Positions 49,814 through 59,434 of a stretch of DNA of 64,000 nt are shown here, piece by piece (positions within the stretch are counted from its first letter, which is position 1; every line of letters starts with the position of its first letter). The DNA is from Promethearchaeota archaeon (lineage in GTDB: Archaea > Asgardarchaeota > Lokiarchaeia > Sigyniarchaeales > SOKP01). A program made the position numbers and the translations under genes. The notes beneath the pieces were generated by a model. The model was given only the letters and a program-made list of their open reading frames with translations. It ran no database searches and was not told the DNA's origin. The stretch is from positions 46,835-110,834 of the forward strand of contig JAHLWS010000069.1 of assembly GCA_019057795.1 (NCBI GenBank), given 5' to 3'.

Positions 49814-50054
49814 TAAAATAACTTTTTAAACTCAATTACTTTCCTTATTTGAAACGAATTAACTCATTAAATGGAATTTCACACTAATTTTTTGAAATTA
49901 ATTAGCCAATTTCTACTTTACAATCTTCTAAATATCTTTAAATTCACTAAATTATTCTCTCAATAGAAAATATAAATTTTAAAATAAAATCAAATATAAT
50001 TCTATTTATCATTAGAATAAGTAATTATTCAAAAAAAAAATATTGCAAAAATAA

Positions 50055-52415
50055 GTGAAAAATATGAGTAGGAAAGGCGCAAAATTAAAGATTGATAGCT
50101 ATTCAGGTCCATTCGGGCAAATTAAAGGATTTGAATTGACTACTGGCAGAATATCTTACGGTGATGAGACAGAGTGGGAGCCAGAAGGGCCTCAAATGAA
50201 GCCCCACATTCCCACGCTTAGAAGCTGGTTCTTTAAACTCATGGAAAGGTATAAGCCTTTTTATATGCCTATTTGTGATATGTGTTGCTTATGCACATTC
50301 GGCAAGTGTAATCTTTCCAAGGGCAGAACTGGTGCGTGCGGAATCAACATGGAAGGAGCATGTGCAAAGATTGTAGAAATTGCGTGCTGCATAGGCGCTA
50401 GTTGCCATTCTGCACACGGAGACCATCTACTTCATTGGCTAAAAGAAAAGTTTGGTAACGTTCCTATAGATTTCGGGAACAATATCGCAATTGAAATGCC
50501 TATGACCCGATTAATCGTCGGAATGAAGCCAGAAACTTTAGAAGACTTAGAAGAGGCTATGAAATGGGTTCAATTTAATATTACACATCTTTTAGCAGCG
50601 GGGCACACAGGCCAAGAATCTTCTTACTTAGACTACGAAGCGAAATCTTTTCTAGCTGGTCTTTGCGACCATGTAGGAATGGAAATAAGTGATGCCGTTC
50701 AAATTGCTGCTTATGGATTTCCCTGCGGAGATCCTGATGTCCCAATCGTCGAATTAGGCATGGGTACAATGGATTTCGAAAATAAGGCAACTATCTTGTT
50801 GATTGGGCATAATGTAGCTCCAGGGATTGAATTAGTTGATTATCTAAGAGAAAAAGGTTTAGAAGATAAAGTGGATGTAGGAGCAATTTGTTGCACAGCG
50901 CTCGATTTAACAAGGTATTACAGTGGTGCAAAAATCGTCGGTTCGCTTTCCCGTCAGATGCATTACATCCGTTCGGGCTTAGCTGATGTTGTTGTTGTAG
51001 ACGAACAATGCGTACATCTTCGCGCTTTTGAGCAAGCAAAACTTGTTGGCGCTCCCTTCATTGCTACGAATGAGAAGATAATGGCAGGGTTACCTGACAG
51101 AACTGATGACCCCGCAGAAGAAATTATTGACGATTTAGTTAGTGGTAAAGCGGATGGCGTATTAATTTTAGATCCAATAAAAGCAGGAAAAGTTATTGCT
51201 GAAGTTGCGATTAAAGTAAAGCCTATAAGAAAAGGTAGAAGCGCGGTTCCAGACGAAGACGGTTGTATAACTATGGCGATGAATTGCAATGGGTGCGGTA
51301 ACTGTCAACGAAACTGTCCCAACGATTTACCCATAGTAGAAGGCGTACGATTAGCCAAAGAAGGAGACTTTTCTGTATTAGCAGAGCAATGTTATGATGC
51401 GTGCTTGGATTGTGGCCGATGCGAGGCTGACTGTATGAAAAATGTATCACCTCTCACTCTTATAATGTATGCTGGACGAGATAGAATCAGAAGTGAGAGG
51501 TATAATTGTCGATCTGGGAGAGGACCGATTCAAGATACTGAAATTCGTAATGTTGGAGCACCATTAGTGCTTGGTGAAATTCCAGGAATCGTTGCTATTG
51601 TCGGTTGTGCAAATTACGGCAAAGAAATTCAGGAATTGTATATCCTTGCTGAAGAATTCTGTAGGAGAGGTTATATCGTAGTTGTTTCTGGGTGTGCAGC
51701 AATGGATATAGGGCTCGTTAAAGACGAAGAAGGTCAAACTTTATATGACAGATATCCAGGCGATTTCGATCGTGGCGGTCTAGTAAATGTGGGAAGTTGC
51801 GTTTCGAACCCTCACATAACTGGAGCGGCAGTTAAAGTAGCTAGTATTTTCGCACGCCGTCCAATTCGAGGTAACTTTGAAGAAATTGCTGATTACATCT
51901 TAAATCGTGTAGGAGCTGTTGGCGTAGCTTGGGGCGCAATGAGTCAGAAAGCTGCAAGTATCGCGAGTGCTGTTAATGGAGTTGGTGTTCCTGTAATTGT
52001 TGGACCTCACTCAGCGGAATATCGTCGCATGTATATAGGGCGATCTGACGACGAAGATACTTGGAAAGTGTATAACGCAAGAGATGGTACTGGCGGCCAC
52101 TTGGTTGGACCAGGACCAGAACATCTGCTTACAACAGCAGAAACTGTAGAGCAAGCAATTTGCTTGGTTGCAAAATTAGCTCTAAGACCTGCGGACAACT
52201 CAAAAGGAAGGATGATTAAATTATCTCATTGGATTGACCTTGAACGAAAATACAAGGGCGTACAATTTCCAAACGATTTAGAAAGATTTATTCGAGTAGA
52301 AGCCGATATCCCAATTCAATTCAAGAATTCAATTCAAGAGTTTCTTAAGGAAAGGGATTGGCAACCTAAAGAAATCATTGATCCAACATTGTTAAAACGT
52401 CTTTGCAGGGATTAA
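50055..52415 (+). CDS. cdhA: CO dehydrogenase/acetyl-CoA synthase complex subunit alpha
   Basis: CDMCCLCTFGKC, GHN, AICCT, DEQC, two ferredoxin-like CxxCxxCxxxC clusters, VGC, SGC, GSCVSN, WGAMSQKA. Confidence 0.97.
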   Translation: MKNMSRKGAKLKIDSYSGPFGQIKGFELTTGRISYGDETEWEPEGPQMKPHIPTLRSWFFKLMERYKPFYMPICDMCCLCTFGKCNLSKGRTGACGINMEGACAKIVEIACCIGASCHSAHGDHLLHWLKEKFGNVPIDFGNNIAIEMPMTRLIVGMKPETLEDLEEAMKWVQFNITHLLAAGHTGQESSYLDYEAKSFLAGLCDHVGMEISDAVQIAAYGFPCGDPDVPIVELGMGTMDFENKATILLIGHNVAPGIELVDYLREKGLEDKVDVGAICCTALDLTRYYSGAKIVGSLSRQMHYIRSGLADVVVVDEQCVHLRAFEQAKLVGAPFIATNEKIMAGLPDRTDDPAEEIIDDLVSGKADGVLILDPIKAGKVIAEVAIKVKPIRKGRSAVPDEDGCITMAMNCNGCGNCQRNCPNDLPIVEGVRLAKEGDFSVLAEQCYDACLDCGRCEADCMKNVSPLTLIMYAGRDRIRSERYNCRSGRGPIQDTEIRNVGAPLVLGEIPGIVAIVGCANYGKEIQELYILAEEFCRRGYIVVVSGCAAMDIGLVKDEEGQTLYDRYPGDFDRGGLVNVGSCVSNPHITGAAVKVASIFARRPIRGNFEEIADYILNRVGAVGVAWGAMSQKAASIASAVNGVGVPVIVGPHSAEYRRMYIGRSDDEDTWKVYNARDGTGGHLVGPGPEHLLTTAETVEQAICLVAKLALRPADNSKGRMIKLSHWIDLERKYKGVQFPNDLERFIRVEADIPIQFKNSIQEFLKERDWQPKEIIDPTLLKRLCRD

Positions 52416-52486
52416 ATCAATTATATTTCTTAATTTTTTTTCTTAAAAAAGGATGATTAACATGGTTAATAAACATTGCAATAAAT

Positions 52487-52744
52487 TTACAGAAACCCTC
52501 TTTCCTTTAATTGACGCATATAATCCGGATGCCTTTCCTTTCTAAGAGTTTTATCTCCTTCGATAAGGTTTTCGCAGCACTTGGTACAGAACCATGCGTT
52601 ATGAGAGGGCATCCACGCCATATCGAGGTTAGCTGGGTTATTCTCGGGATGAAGACCGTGGTCAGTAGCTTCTATATAAGAAATGCACCCTCCATTCATC
52701 CCGCATTGGATAATTGACTCGGTAAGCAGTCTCTTAAGCTTCAT
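52487..52744 (-). CDS. small Cys-rich hypothetical protein
   Basis: MKLKRLLTESIIQCGMNGGC...WFCTKCC...; ATG at 52744 preferred over the ORF-track start at 52906. Confidence 0.55.
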   Translation of the reverse strand: MKLKRLLTESIIQCGMNGGCISYIEATDHGLHPENNPANLDMAWMPSHNAWFCTKCCENLIEGDKTLRKERHPDYMRQLKERGFL

Positions 52745-52754
52745 CACCCTTTCC

Positions 52755-52988
52755 AAGAACTTATTACTTAAACAGATATTGGTAGTAGGTGGTAGAATAA
52801 TTATGCCTGGAAGCCAAAAAAGAATTCCTAAAAATTCGATTTTTATAATAGTTAAGTTCGACTCGAAAGACCAAGTGATAGAGATGCTAAAAGACGAAGA
52901 GTACAAAACAGCTTACTCTAACATTGCGAGCCTCGCCTTGATAAAGGGAGGAACGTGCGAATATTTCAAATCTTTTAAAAACATCTAG
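52755..52988 (+). pseudogene. possible 5'-truncated DUF1330-like fragment
   Basis: VGGRII...IIVKFDSKDQVIEMLKDEEYK resembles the DUF1330 C-terminal half; no clean start outside the opposite-strand gene. Confidence 0.3.
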
Positions 52989-53221
52989 CCTTAACTTTCA
53001 TTTTTTATTAATTTTATATTATTTTTATCTCAAAGGTTTAGCTCAATTGCATCAGAACAAAACCTTTAATTTGGTAATTATAGGAAATTTTGCTAGTTTA
53101 CATAAATTTTGAGATGATATTAAACTCAATAATTGTTTTACATTTTTTCATTTATATATTCGAGCTTTGTTTTATCGTATTAGATGTTATTTAGATTAAA
53201 TTAGTCATAATTAAGAAGAAA

Positions 53222-54007
53222 ATGCAATACGACCCATTTGCAATAAGAGAAAGGTACGAACAAATTGCCGATTTAGAAGATAAAGCGGAAAAAGAAGGGT
53301 CGTTTCGGGTGCTAATCCCCCGGTACTTTATAAAAAAATATATAACTCGAGACGATATCGTACTAGATGCTGCGGGGGGTACAGGAATAAACGCAATAAT
53401 TATGGCACTTTCGTGCAAAAGCGTAACGCTTGTGGACCTTGCGCCCGGCATTCTCGATCGTGCGAGAACAAATATAGCCTTAAAAGGATTAACCGACAAG
53501 ATTCGCGTGGTTGAAGGCGATATCACCGATTTAGCAGCGTTTTGCGACGCGACTTTTAGCTTTATCGTTTGTGTAGGAGCAGCACTTTCGTACGTGTTGG
53601 ATTTACGAGAAAGAGCGATACAAGAATTACTTAGAGTCGCAAAAATCGGGGCTACAATTATTGTACAAATACAGTCAAAGTGCGGAATGATTGCAAGCAA
53701 AATTAGGAAGGGATTAATTAAGGAAGCTTTTGAGATTCATAAAAATAAACCATTCACGGACGGTATGGGAGTTAGGTCGCATCTTTATACGGTAGGTGAG
53801 ATCGCTAATTTATTGCGAAAACTTGGATGCCAGATTTTAGAGACAGCCACCAGTCCTGTATTCGCACATACAACCGATAATAGCAACATCTATCGTAAAA
53901 ATGACGAAGAGTTGAAGTTACTGGAAACTTTAGAATACGGATATTGCGCTAAGCAGGAGCTTCTCGGTCAAGGACATCACATCGTTGTTGTTGCCAGAGA
54001 AATGTGA
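53222..54007 (+). CDS. class I SAM-dependent methyltransferase
   Basis: VLDAAGGTG, LVDLAP, GDITDL, ALSYV, ELLRVAKIG. Confidence 0.9.
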   Translation: MQYDPFAIRERYEQIADLEDKAEKEGSFRVLIPRYFIKKYITRDDIVLDAAGGTGINAIIMALSCKSVTLVDLAPGILDRARTNIALKGLTDKIRVVEGDITDLAAFCDATFSFIVCVGAALSYVLDLRERAIQELLRVAKIGATIIVQIQSKCGMIASKIRKGLIKEAFEIHKNKPFTDGMGVRSHLYTVGEIANLLRKLGCQILETATSPVFAHTTDNSNIYRKNDEELKLLETLEYGYCAKQELLGQGHHIVVVAREM

Positions 54008-54066
54008 AAGAAGCAGGAGAAATTAATAGTAAGTAGAAATCGATAATTCTCAAGATTTCTTTAGCT

Positions 54067-54747
54067 CTATTTATTAATCATAAAGTAGGTCTTAATGCAA
54101 AACAAACTCCATAAAACGCACCAAAACCCGATTATTAACGGATAGAATGAATATCTTAATTCGTACGGGTACAAGCTAAATAATCGATTAAACGCCTCAA
54201 TTGTTGTAATTATGGTAAAACAAGAGAGAACCACAAATAATGCGCAGAGAATTGCGACAAGCTTTGCGATTTGAGACCACTCAAGAGGCTTCCTCTCGCT
54301 TACGGATGTGACACTCTTCTTTTTTCCTAAGTTCTGTATTAACTGATACAGAGCAAAATAGAAAATTGTTACGATAAGGCAAATAAGACTTATAGCAAAT
54401 ATTATAAAAAGCAATGCTAGAGGATAGTACGTTAAGATGAAACCCAGATCTGCGAGAGGAAGAATGGTATTCACATAAAGTAGAGATAATACGATTGTTA
54501 CGGTTAATACGGGTAAGAATAGCATCGCCTTTAAGGAAACAAAAGATATCTTTCTTTTTTCTTTTTTTTTAGATAGTACTTTTTGGCCCGTCTTTTCGGC
54601 TTTTTTCAATTGTTTCCACAAGGCAGAAATTTTTCTTTTTTTATCGCCTATTTTTTTCAGCAAAGCACTTTTTTCTTTAAGAAGCTGTTCTTTTTCTTGT
54701 TCTAGCCTTGTTATTTCCAAGCTAAATCTTTTTGAAGCGTTTACCAT
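54067..54747 (-). CDS. hypothetical membrane protein with N-terminal basic coiled coil
   Basis: Coiled coil followed by 4 TM segments. Confidence 0.7.
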   Translation of the reverse strand: MVNASKRFSLEITRLEQEKEQLLKEKSALLKKIGDKKRKISALWKQLKKAEKTGQKVLSKKKEKRKISFVSLKAMLFLPVLTVTIVLSLLYVNTILPLADLGFILTYYPLALLFIIFAISLICLIVTIFYFALYQLIQNLGKKKSVTSVSERKPLEWSQIAKLVAILCALFVVLSCFTIITTIEAFNRLFSLYPYELRYSFYPLIIGFWCVLWSLFCIKTYFMINK

Positions 54748-55059
54748 TTCATTTTGCCTTTTATTTAGGTATAATTTTAGTAATGATTTTATTTAAATAT
54801 ATTTAGCAGCAATGTAAAACGTTTCGTTTTGAATTTTGTTGAAAAAATTAGAGAACTTATTGACACATAAGTATTTTTCTTTAAATTTGTTTGGTTAACA
54901 AACAAATTCTTATTATCACGCTGAAAAATTTACGAGACAAAAAATTTATCTTCTCTACATTATCATTTATTATTTAATTTTAGAATTTTCCTTTAAAAAT
55001 AGGAATTGCAATAATTATATAAAAAACGAATTTTTAAAATACAAATCAGGTGAAAGTGT

Positions 55060-55527
55060 ATGGAAGATAATGCTTTTACAAGAAGGATGCAAAATTTTTA
55101 CCCCGACAAAGAGATTTTTGAGATCTTTTATAATTTGGATAATTGGAAGTCGTGTGTTTACGTAATCCAATACGAAGAACAAGAAGTAGTAGATGCAATA
55201 ATCGATCCTCAGAAGCTTTTGATAAAAGAAGAGACCATCTCTATTAAGTTTAGCTACCCGCTTAGGAATAAAGTTAACTTTGAATACACAAACAAGAGCG
55301 GATTTACTAGAATGGATTTGTTTCGCTGTATTTACGAAGGATACAAACAAATATACGAAACTGAAGAGGAAGACGCAGGAGATCCTGGAACTTACGTTAG
55401 ACTATATAATAGGAGACCTTCTGAAGGAAGGTACCGCATCTGGGGTCATTACATTAACGACTTGAGAATTGAAGGAATCGTATACGACTCCAAGGCCAAG
55501 TTAGTAGAACTACTCATAGGTTCTTAA
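55060..55527 (+). CDS. hypothetical protein
   Basis: 155-aa ORF with a GGTGA ribosome-binding motif upstream; C-terminal YRIWGHYINDL. Confidence 0.75.
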   Translation: MEDNAFTRRMQNFYPDKEIFEIFYNLDNWKSCVYVIQYEEQEVVDAIIDPQKLLIKEETISIKFSYPLRNKVNFEYTNKSGFTRMDLFRCIYEGYKQIYETEEEDAGDPGTYVRLYNRRPSEGRYRIWGHYINDLRIEGIVYDSKAKLVELLIGS

Positions 55528-55626
55528 TTTTTATCCAAAAACTTAATCCATAAATTTTTTTATTTATATATTCGAAATTTGTTTTATCGAATAGATATTT
55601 TTTTTCAAATTAGCAGGTTGAATACC

Positions 55627-56300
55627 GTGATAACCGAGCAAGAATTAGAACCTGAAGTAAATTTCGGGCTAAAAACAAAAGGGCGTTTAAAAGAGTTAAT
55701 TTTCGACCGATTAAGCAAATTTTTGTTGTACGGAAGCTTTTTTTACGTGTTTTATCTTTTTACTAGCGTAATAGCTGCTTACTTTTTTGGTTACAGCGTT
55801 TTAACCCACTACATCAGCGACCTTGGGCGCCAAGCCGTGTTTCCTTTTTCTTGGTTGCACGACGCTTTTTGCGTTTTTGCGGGGTTAATAAGCGTGCCGG
55901 TAACAGTTAGTTTTAGCAGAAAATTAAAAGTTCGGTACAAAGACTCGAAGCATTCTTTACTATTTACGAAAATCGGGTTAATTTCAGGCGTTCTTGGCAA
56001 CCTCGGGTTAGTTTTCGTAGGAATTTTTAGCTTAGATCGAGCCGGCCCTGGACATAGTTATCACGGAATTTCTGCTTTTTTCGCTTTTGCCGGCATAGTC
56101 GTTTCCATTTTCTTTTTTTCGCTAAACATAGTTTTATCTCACAAGTGCGCTTTGAAAAAGTTGGGGCGTTCGGGTTGGTAGTTCCGCTAGCTTTGTTCGT
56201 TCTAAATTGCGTTATCGCGATCCCTATAATCGAATGGATTTTGTACTACTCAATTATAGCGTTTTTATTAGTTTTAGATTTATACGTTTTTAAAAAATAG
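55627..56300 (+). pseudogene. DUF998-like membrane protein, frameshifted at G4 run 56163-56166
   Basis: YISDLG, VGIFS, HGISAFFAF. The shifted frame continues LGAFGLVVPL...PIIEWILYY...KK* to 56300. Confidence 0.7.
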
Positions 56301-56329
56301 AATTTTAGCTTTTGGACAGTGATTAGAAA

Positions 56330-57454
56330 ATTCTTATCGATTTATTCTGCGGAGCTGGGGGCTTATCGCTCGGATTTAAAACGGCGGGATTCAACGTAAA
56401 ATTAGCTGTAGAACGCGAGAAGAGTTTTTGTAAATCTTACAAATACAATAATCCGGAATGCGTTTGTTTAAACGAGGATATTACCAGATTAAGTCTCAAA
56501 GAAATTCTTGAAGAAATAAATAGCAGATACTTTAAAGGCGAGAAAATAGAGGGTATTATTGGAGGTCCACCATGTCAAGGATTTTCTTCGGTAGGAAATA
56601 GAAAACTCACCGACCCCCGCAATTCTTTAATCTTTTTCTTTATAAAGTGGGTCGAACGGTTCAAACCTTTATTTTACGTAATGGAAAATGTTTCAGGAAT
56701 TTTAACCATGGCGAATGGTCAAGTAGTTAAAAAAATAAAAACAATGTATAGCGATATTGGCTACTCTTGCCAAGCGATAATTCTAATTGCCGCAGATTAC
56801 GGAGTCCCACAGCTAAGAAAACGAGTGTTTTTCGTAGGAGCTAAAAACGGAGAATTAAAATCGCTAAAAATTCCAAAAACTAATAACAATTTTTCAGGTC
56901 AAAAAACCCTTTTCGAGAAAAATTTACCCGAATATTTAACCGTAAACGATACTCTTTCGGATATTCTCGAATTAAAGCCGTTTAGGATAAATAACGGGGA
57001 GGAGTCGTTTAAAGAATATCCAAACCCCCCCAAAACAGACTACCAAGAATATCTAAGAAAAAATTCCGACAATCTCTACGACCATTCAGCGCCAAACCAT
57101 AGCCAATTAGTAATAGAGAGGATTTCTCACGTCGAGCAAGGAAAAAACCACAAGTCATTGCCGCCAGCGTACCAATTAAAGGGAGGGTATTCTAACGTTT
57201 ACGGGCGGCTACACTTAAAAAAACCGGCAGACACTATAACGGCCAACTGCGGTTGTGTAAGCGCGCCGGGAAGGTTTATCCACCCCACTCAAAATAGAGC
57301 GCTTTCCGTACGAGAAGCCGCGCGATTACAATCCTTTCCAGACGATTATAGGTTTTTTGGAAATGCAAGAGATAGATACAAGCAAGTTGGGAACGCCGTG
57401 AGCCCGCTAATGGCATATGCTATCGCTAAATCAATAAAAGATACATTGTTGTAA
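56330..57454 (+). CDS. DNA (cytosine-5)-methyltransferase, orphan; start codon anomalous
   Basis: Frame open from 56327: IDLFCGAGG (I), GGPPCQGFS (IV), MENV (VI), QLRKRVF (VIII), REAARLQSFPD (IX), QVGNAV (X). The ORF-track start at 56681 omits motifs I-IV. Confidence 0.88.
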   Translation: MLIDLFCGAGGLSLGFKTAGFNVKLAVEREKSFCKSYKYNNPECVCLNEDITRLSLKEILEEINSRYFKGEKIEGIIGGPPCQGFSSVGNRKLTDPRNSLIFFFIKWVERFKPLFYVMENVSGILTMANGQVVKKIKTMYSDIGYSCQAIILIAADYGVPQLRKRVFFVGAKNGELKSLKIPKTNNNFSGQKTLFEKNLPEYLTVNDTLSDILELKPFRINNGEESFKEYPNPPKTDYQEYLRKNSDNLYDHSAPNHSQLVIERISHVEQGKNHKSLPPAYQLKGGYSNVYGRLHLKKPADTITANCGCVSAPGRFIHPTQNRALSVREAARLQSFPDDYRFFGNARDRYKQVGNAVSPLMAYAIAKSIKDTLL

Positions 57455-57544
57455 CTTTGAAGAATTGTAACTTTTCAAAATAAATGAAACTATTTCAAAA
57501 AATATCACTATACAGGTCTAAATTAATTCAAAGATAGTTTCATC

Positions 57545-57739
57545 TTTTATGATAACTTACAAGAATAAATGTAAATCAAAGAATAATAAATCCAAAGAAT
57601 TTTTAGAATAAATGCAAAAACTAATCAATTTATCTCCTTTTTAGCACTTATTATTCAGAAAGGTATCCCTTTTTGCATTTATTATTCGGAGAATTTGTAG
57701 TTATTCTTCAAAGATTCATAAGTGTAACTTATCATAAAA
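57545..57739. repeat. ~195-bp imperfect palindrome (nested inverted repeats)
   Basis: 57545-57561 pairs with 57723-57739 (16/17), 57579-57586 with 57701-57708 (8/8), 57607-57620 with 57670-57683 (14/14); all centred at about 57642-57645. Confidence 0.8.
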
Positions 57740-57751
57740 AAAAGTCAAAAG

Positions 57752-57910
57752 TTAATTCTTTTGATCGAGGATATTTAATATTTTCGCGAGAGCCTCCTCT
57801 GCATTCAAATGTTCTTGCTTTTGTTGATCGTAGATCCAGGTTTTAGCTTTTTTATTCTTCGGATTAGGTCTATGAACTATATATCGTTCTTTCTCTTCTT
57901 TATTCCCCAT
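57752..57910 (-). CDS. small hypothetical protein (52 aa)
   Basis: Below the ORF-track cutoff: MGNKEEKERYIVHRPNPKNKKAKTWIYDQQKQEHLNAEEALAKILNILDQKN*, with GTGA upstream. Confidence 0.55.
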   Translation of the reverse strand: MGNKEEKERYIVHRPNPKNKKAKTWIYDQQKQEHLNAEEALAKILNILDQKN

Positions 57911-58100
57911 TTCGTGATCACTCTTCCAATAAATTAGATTTATTTTTGTGTAAATGATTTCAAATTATTAATTTTAAAAAATTAATAAAGGCAAGCCAAA
58001 AAAATCTATTCTTTTTTTGCCACACTTTTTCCTTTATATAGTCAAAAAATATTTCGTACTAAAAACATAAAACAATTAAATTTTGGTGATAAAATAAAAT

Positions 58101-58634
58101 ATGACATTATTCGTGCCAAGGGCGTTGTACGAGAACGAAATAACCATAGTGTTGGATGAAATTAGGTACAGTTACGGAATGTTAACTAGAAGAGGATACA
58201 TTTATGGGTTAATTGCCATCGACCAAGACGCAAAGATAATAGCGATCGACTCCCGATTTGACCGTAAGCTGAATTATTGGGACTTAAGCTCTATCGGCGC
58301 CGCTTTATACGGAGTCGCTAGACAAGCTCAAGATTTTTTCGAGGCCGACTCTTTAATCAGGGCTACTTTAATCTATAAAGATTTACAACTTTACGTTAAA
58401 TCAATTGGAGATGTAATCCTTCATAAAAAAGGAAAACGAGAGATTCTCGTCGTTTTGTTGGTCGATAACATGGTAAATATTGGCGTACTTATATTACAGA
58501 TGAGAAAGTTCTCGCAAAAAATTAAAGAGGCTATCACTAGAAATCAAACTATTATGACCAATTTGGAGATGACCGAGCAAGAGCTAAAGACATACCTCAA
58601 AGATTTGAAGAAAAAAGTGTTTCAATCTACTTAA
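58101..58634 (+). CDS. Roadblock/LC7 (MglB-like) domain protein
   Basis: GLIAIDQDAKIIA...LSSIGAALYGVARQ...ILVVLLVDNMVNIG roadblock pattern; directly upstream of the MglA-like GTPase. Confidence 0.8.
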   Translation: MTLFVPRALYENEITIVLDEIRYSYGMLTRRGYIYGLIAIDQDAKIIAIDSRFDRKLNYWDLSSIGAALYGVARQAQDFFEADSLIRATLIYKDLQLYVKSIGDVILHKKGKREILVVLLVDNMVNIGVLILQMRKFSQKIKEAITRNQTIMTNLEMTEQELKTYLKDLKKKVFQST

Positions 58635-58657
58635 CTAAAAGCGAGGCGATTTAAAAC

Positions 58658-59335
58658 GTGATTGTAGATTCGAAAGAAAATGGAAAAGAAGAACAAAAGA
58701 ATGGGGGGGAGTTAGGTCTAAGCGGGAAATCGGGTTCGAACGCATTAAAAGAAGTACTTCAGTTCAAAATAGTGTATTGGGGCCCCGGCGAGTCGGGAAA
58801 AACCACCAATTACTTTAGGTTGCGCGAGAAGTTCGACGCCGTGAAATTAAATGCGGGTTATTCGATCGAGACGACCGATGGCAGAACTCTGTGGCAAGAC
58901 TCCGTTCGCTTGTCATTTTACCTGAACCTCGCTAAAGTAAAGTATAACGTAATTACCCAGATAGTGACGGCTACTGGGCAAGAACGCTTTCTATCTACCC
59001 GCGAGTACGTACTTGACGGTGCCGACGGAGTTGTTTTCGTTGCAGATTCCGACCCTGATAAAATGGAACAAAACAAACGCAGTTTCCGAGAATTGACGAG
59101 TTTCACGCAAGATCAACAAATACCGTACGTTATACAGCTCAACAAACGAGATTTGGAAAACCCAATTTCCATAGAAGATTTTAAGAAAGGGCTCGGTTTA
59201 CCTCAGTCCGAGGAGTACGAGGACGGATCGCTGGTAGTTTACCCTACCGTAGCGTTGCAGGGCGAGAGCGTTAGAAGGTGCTTCGAAGACTTGATGATTC
59301 AAGTAATTTTCAATTTTTTTAAAGATAAATTGTAG
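58658..59335 (+). CDS. mglA: MglA-family small GTPase
   Basis: KIVYWGPGESGKTTN, TTDGRTL, TATGQERF, GADGVVFVADS, QLNKRD, TVA. Confidence 0.88.
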   Translation: MIVDSKENGKEEQKNGGELGLSGKSGSNALKEVLQFKIVYWGPGESGKTTNYFRLREKFDAVKLNAGYSIETTDGRTLWQDSVRLSFYLNLAKVKYNVITQIVTATGQERFLSTREYVLDGADGVVFVADSDPDKMEQNKRSFRELTSFTQDQQIPYVIQLNKRDLENPISIEDFKKGLGLPQSEEYEDGSLVVYPTVALQGESVRRCFEDLMIQVIFNFFKDKL

Positions 59336-59434
59336 AATTAAAGAAAATAGTCTTAAGTTAGTATTAAAATTTTAGTAAGAAATTAAAGAAAATGAGGATA
59401 AAAAAAAAATTTATAGCAGGTGAATTTTTGACAA

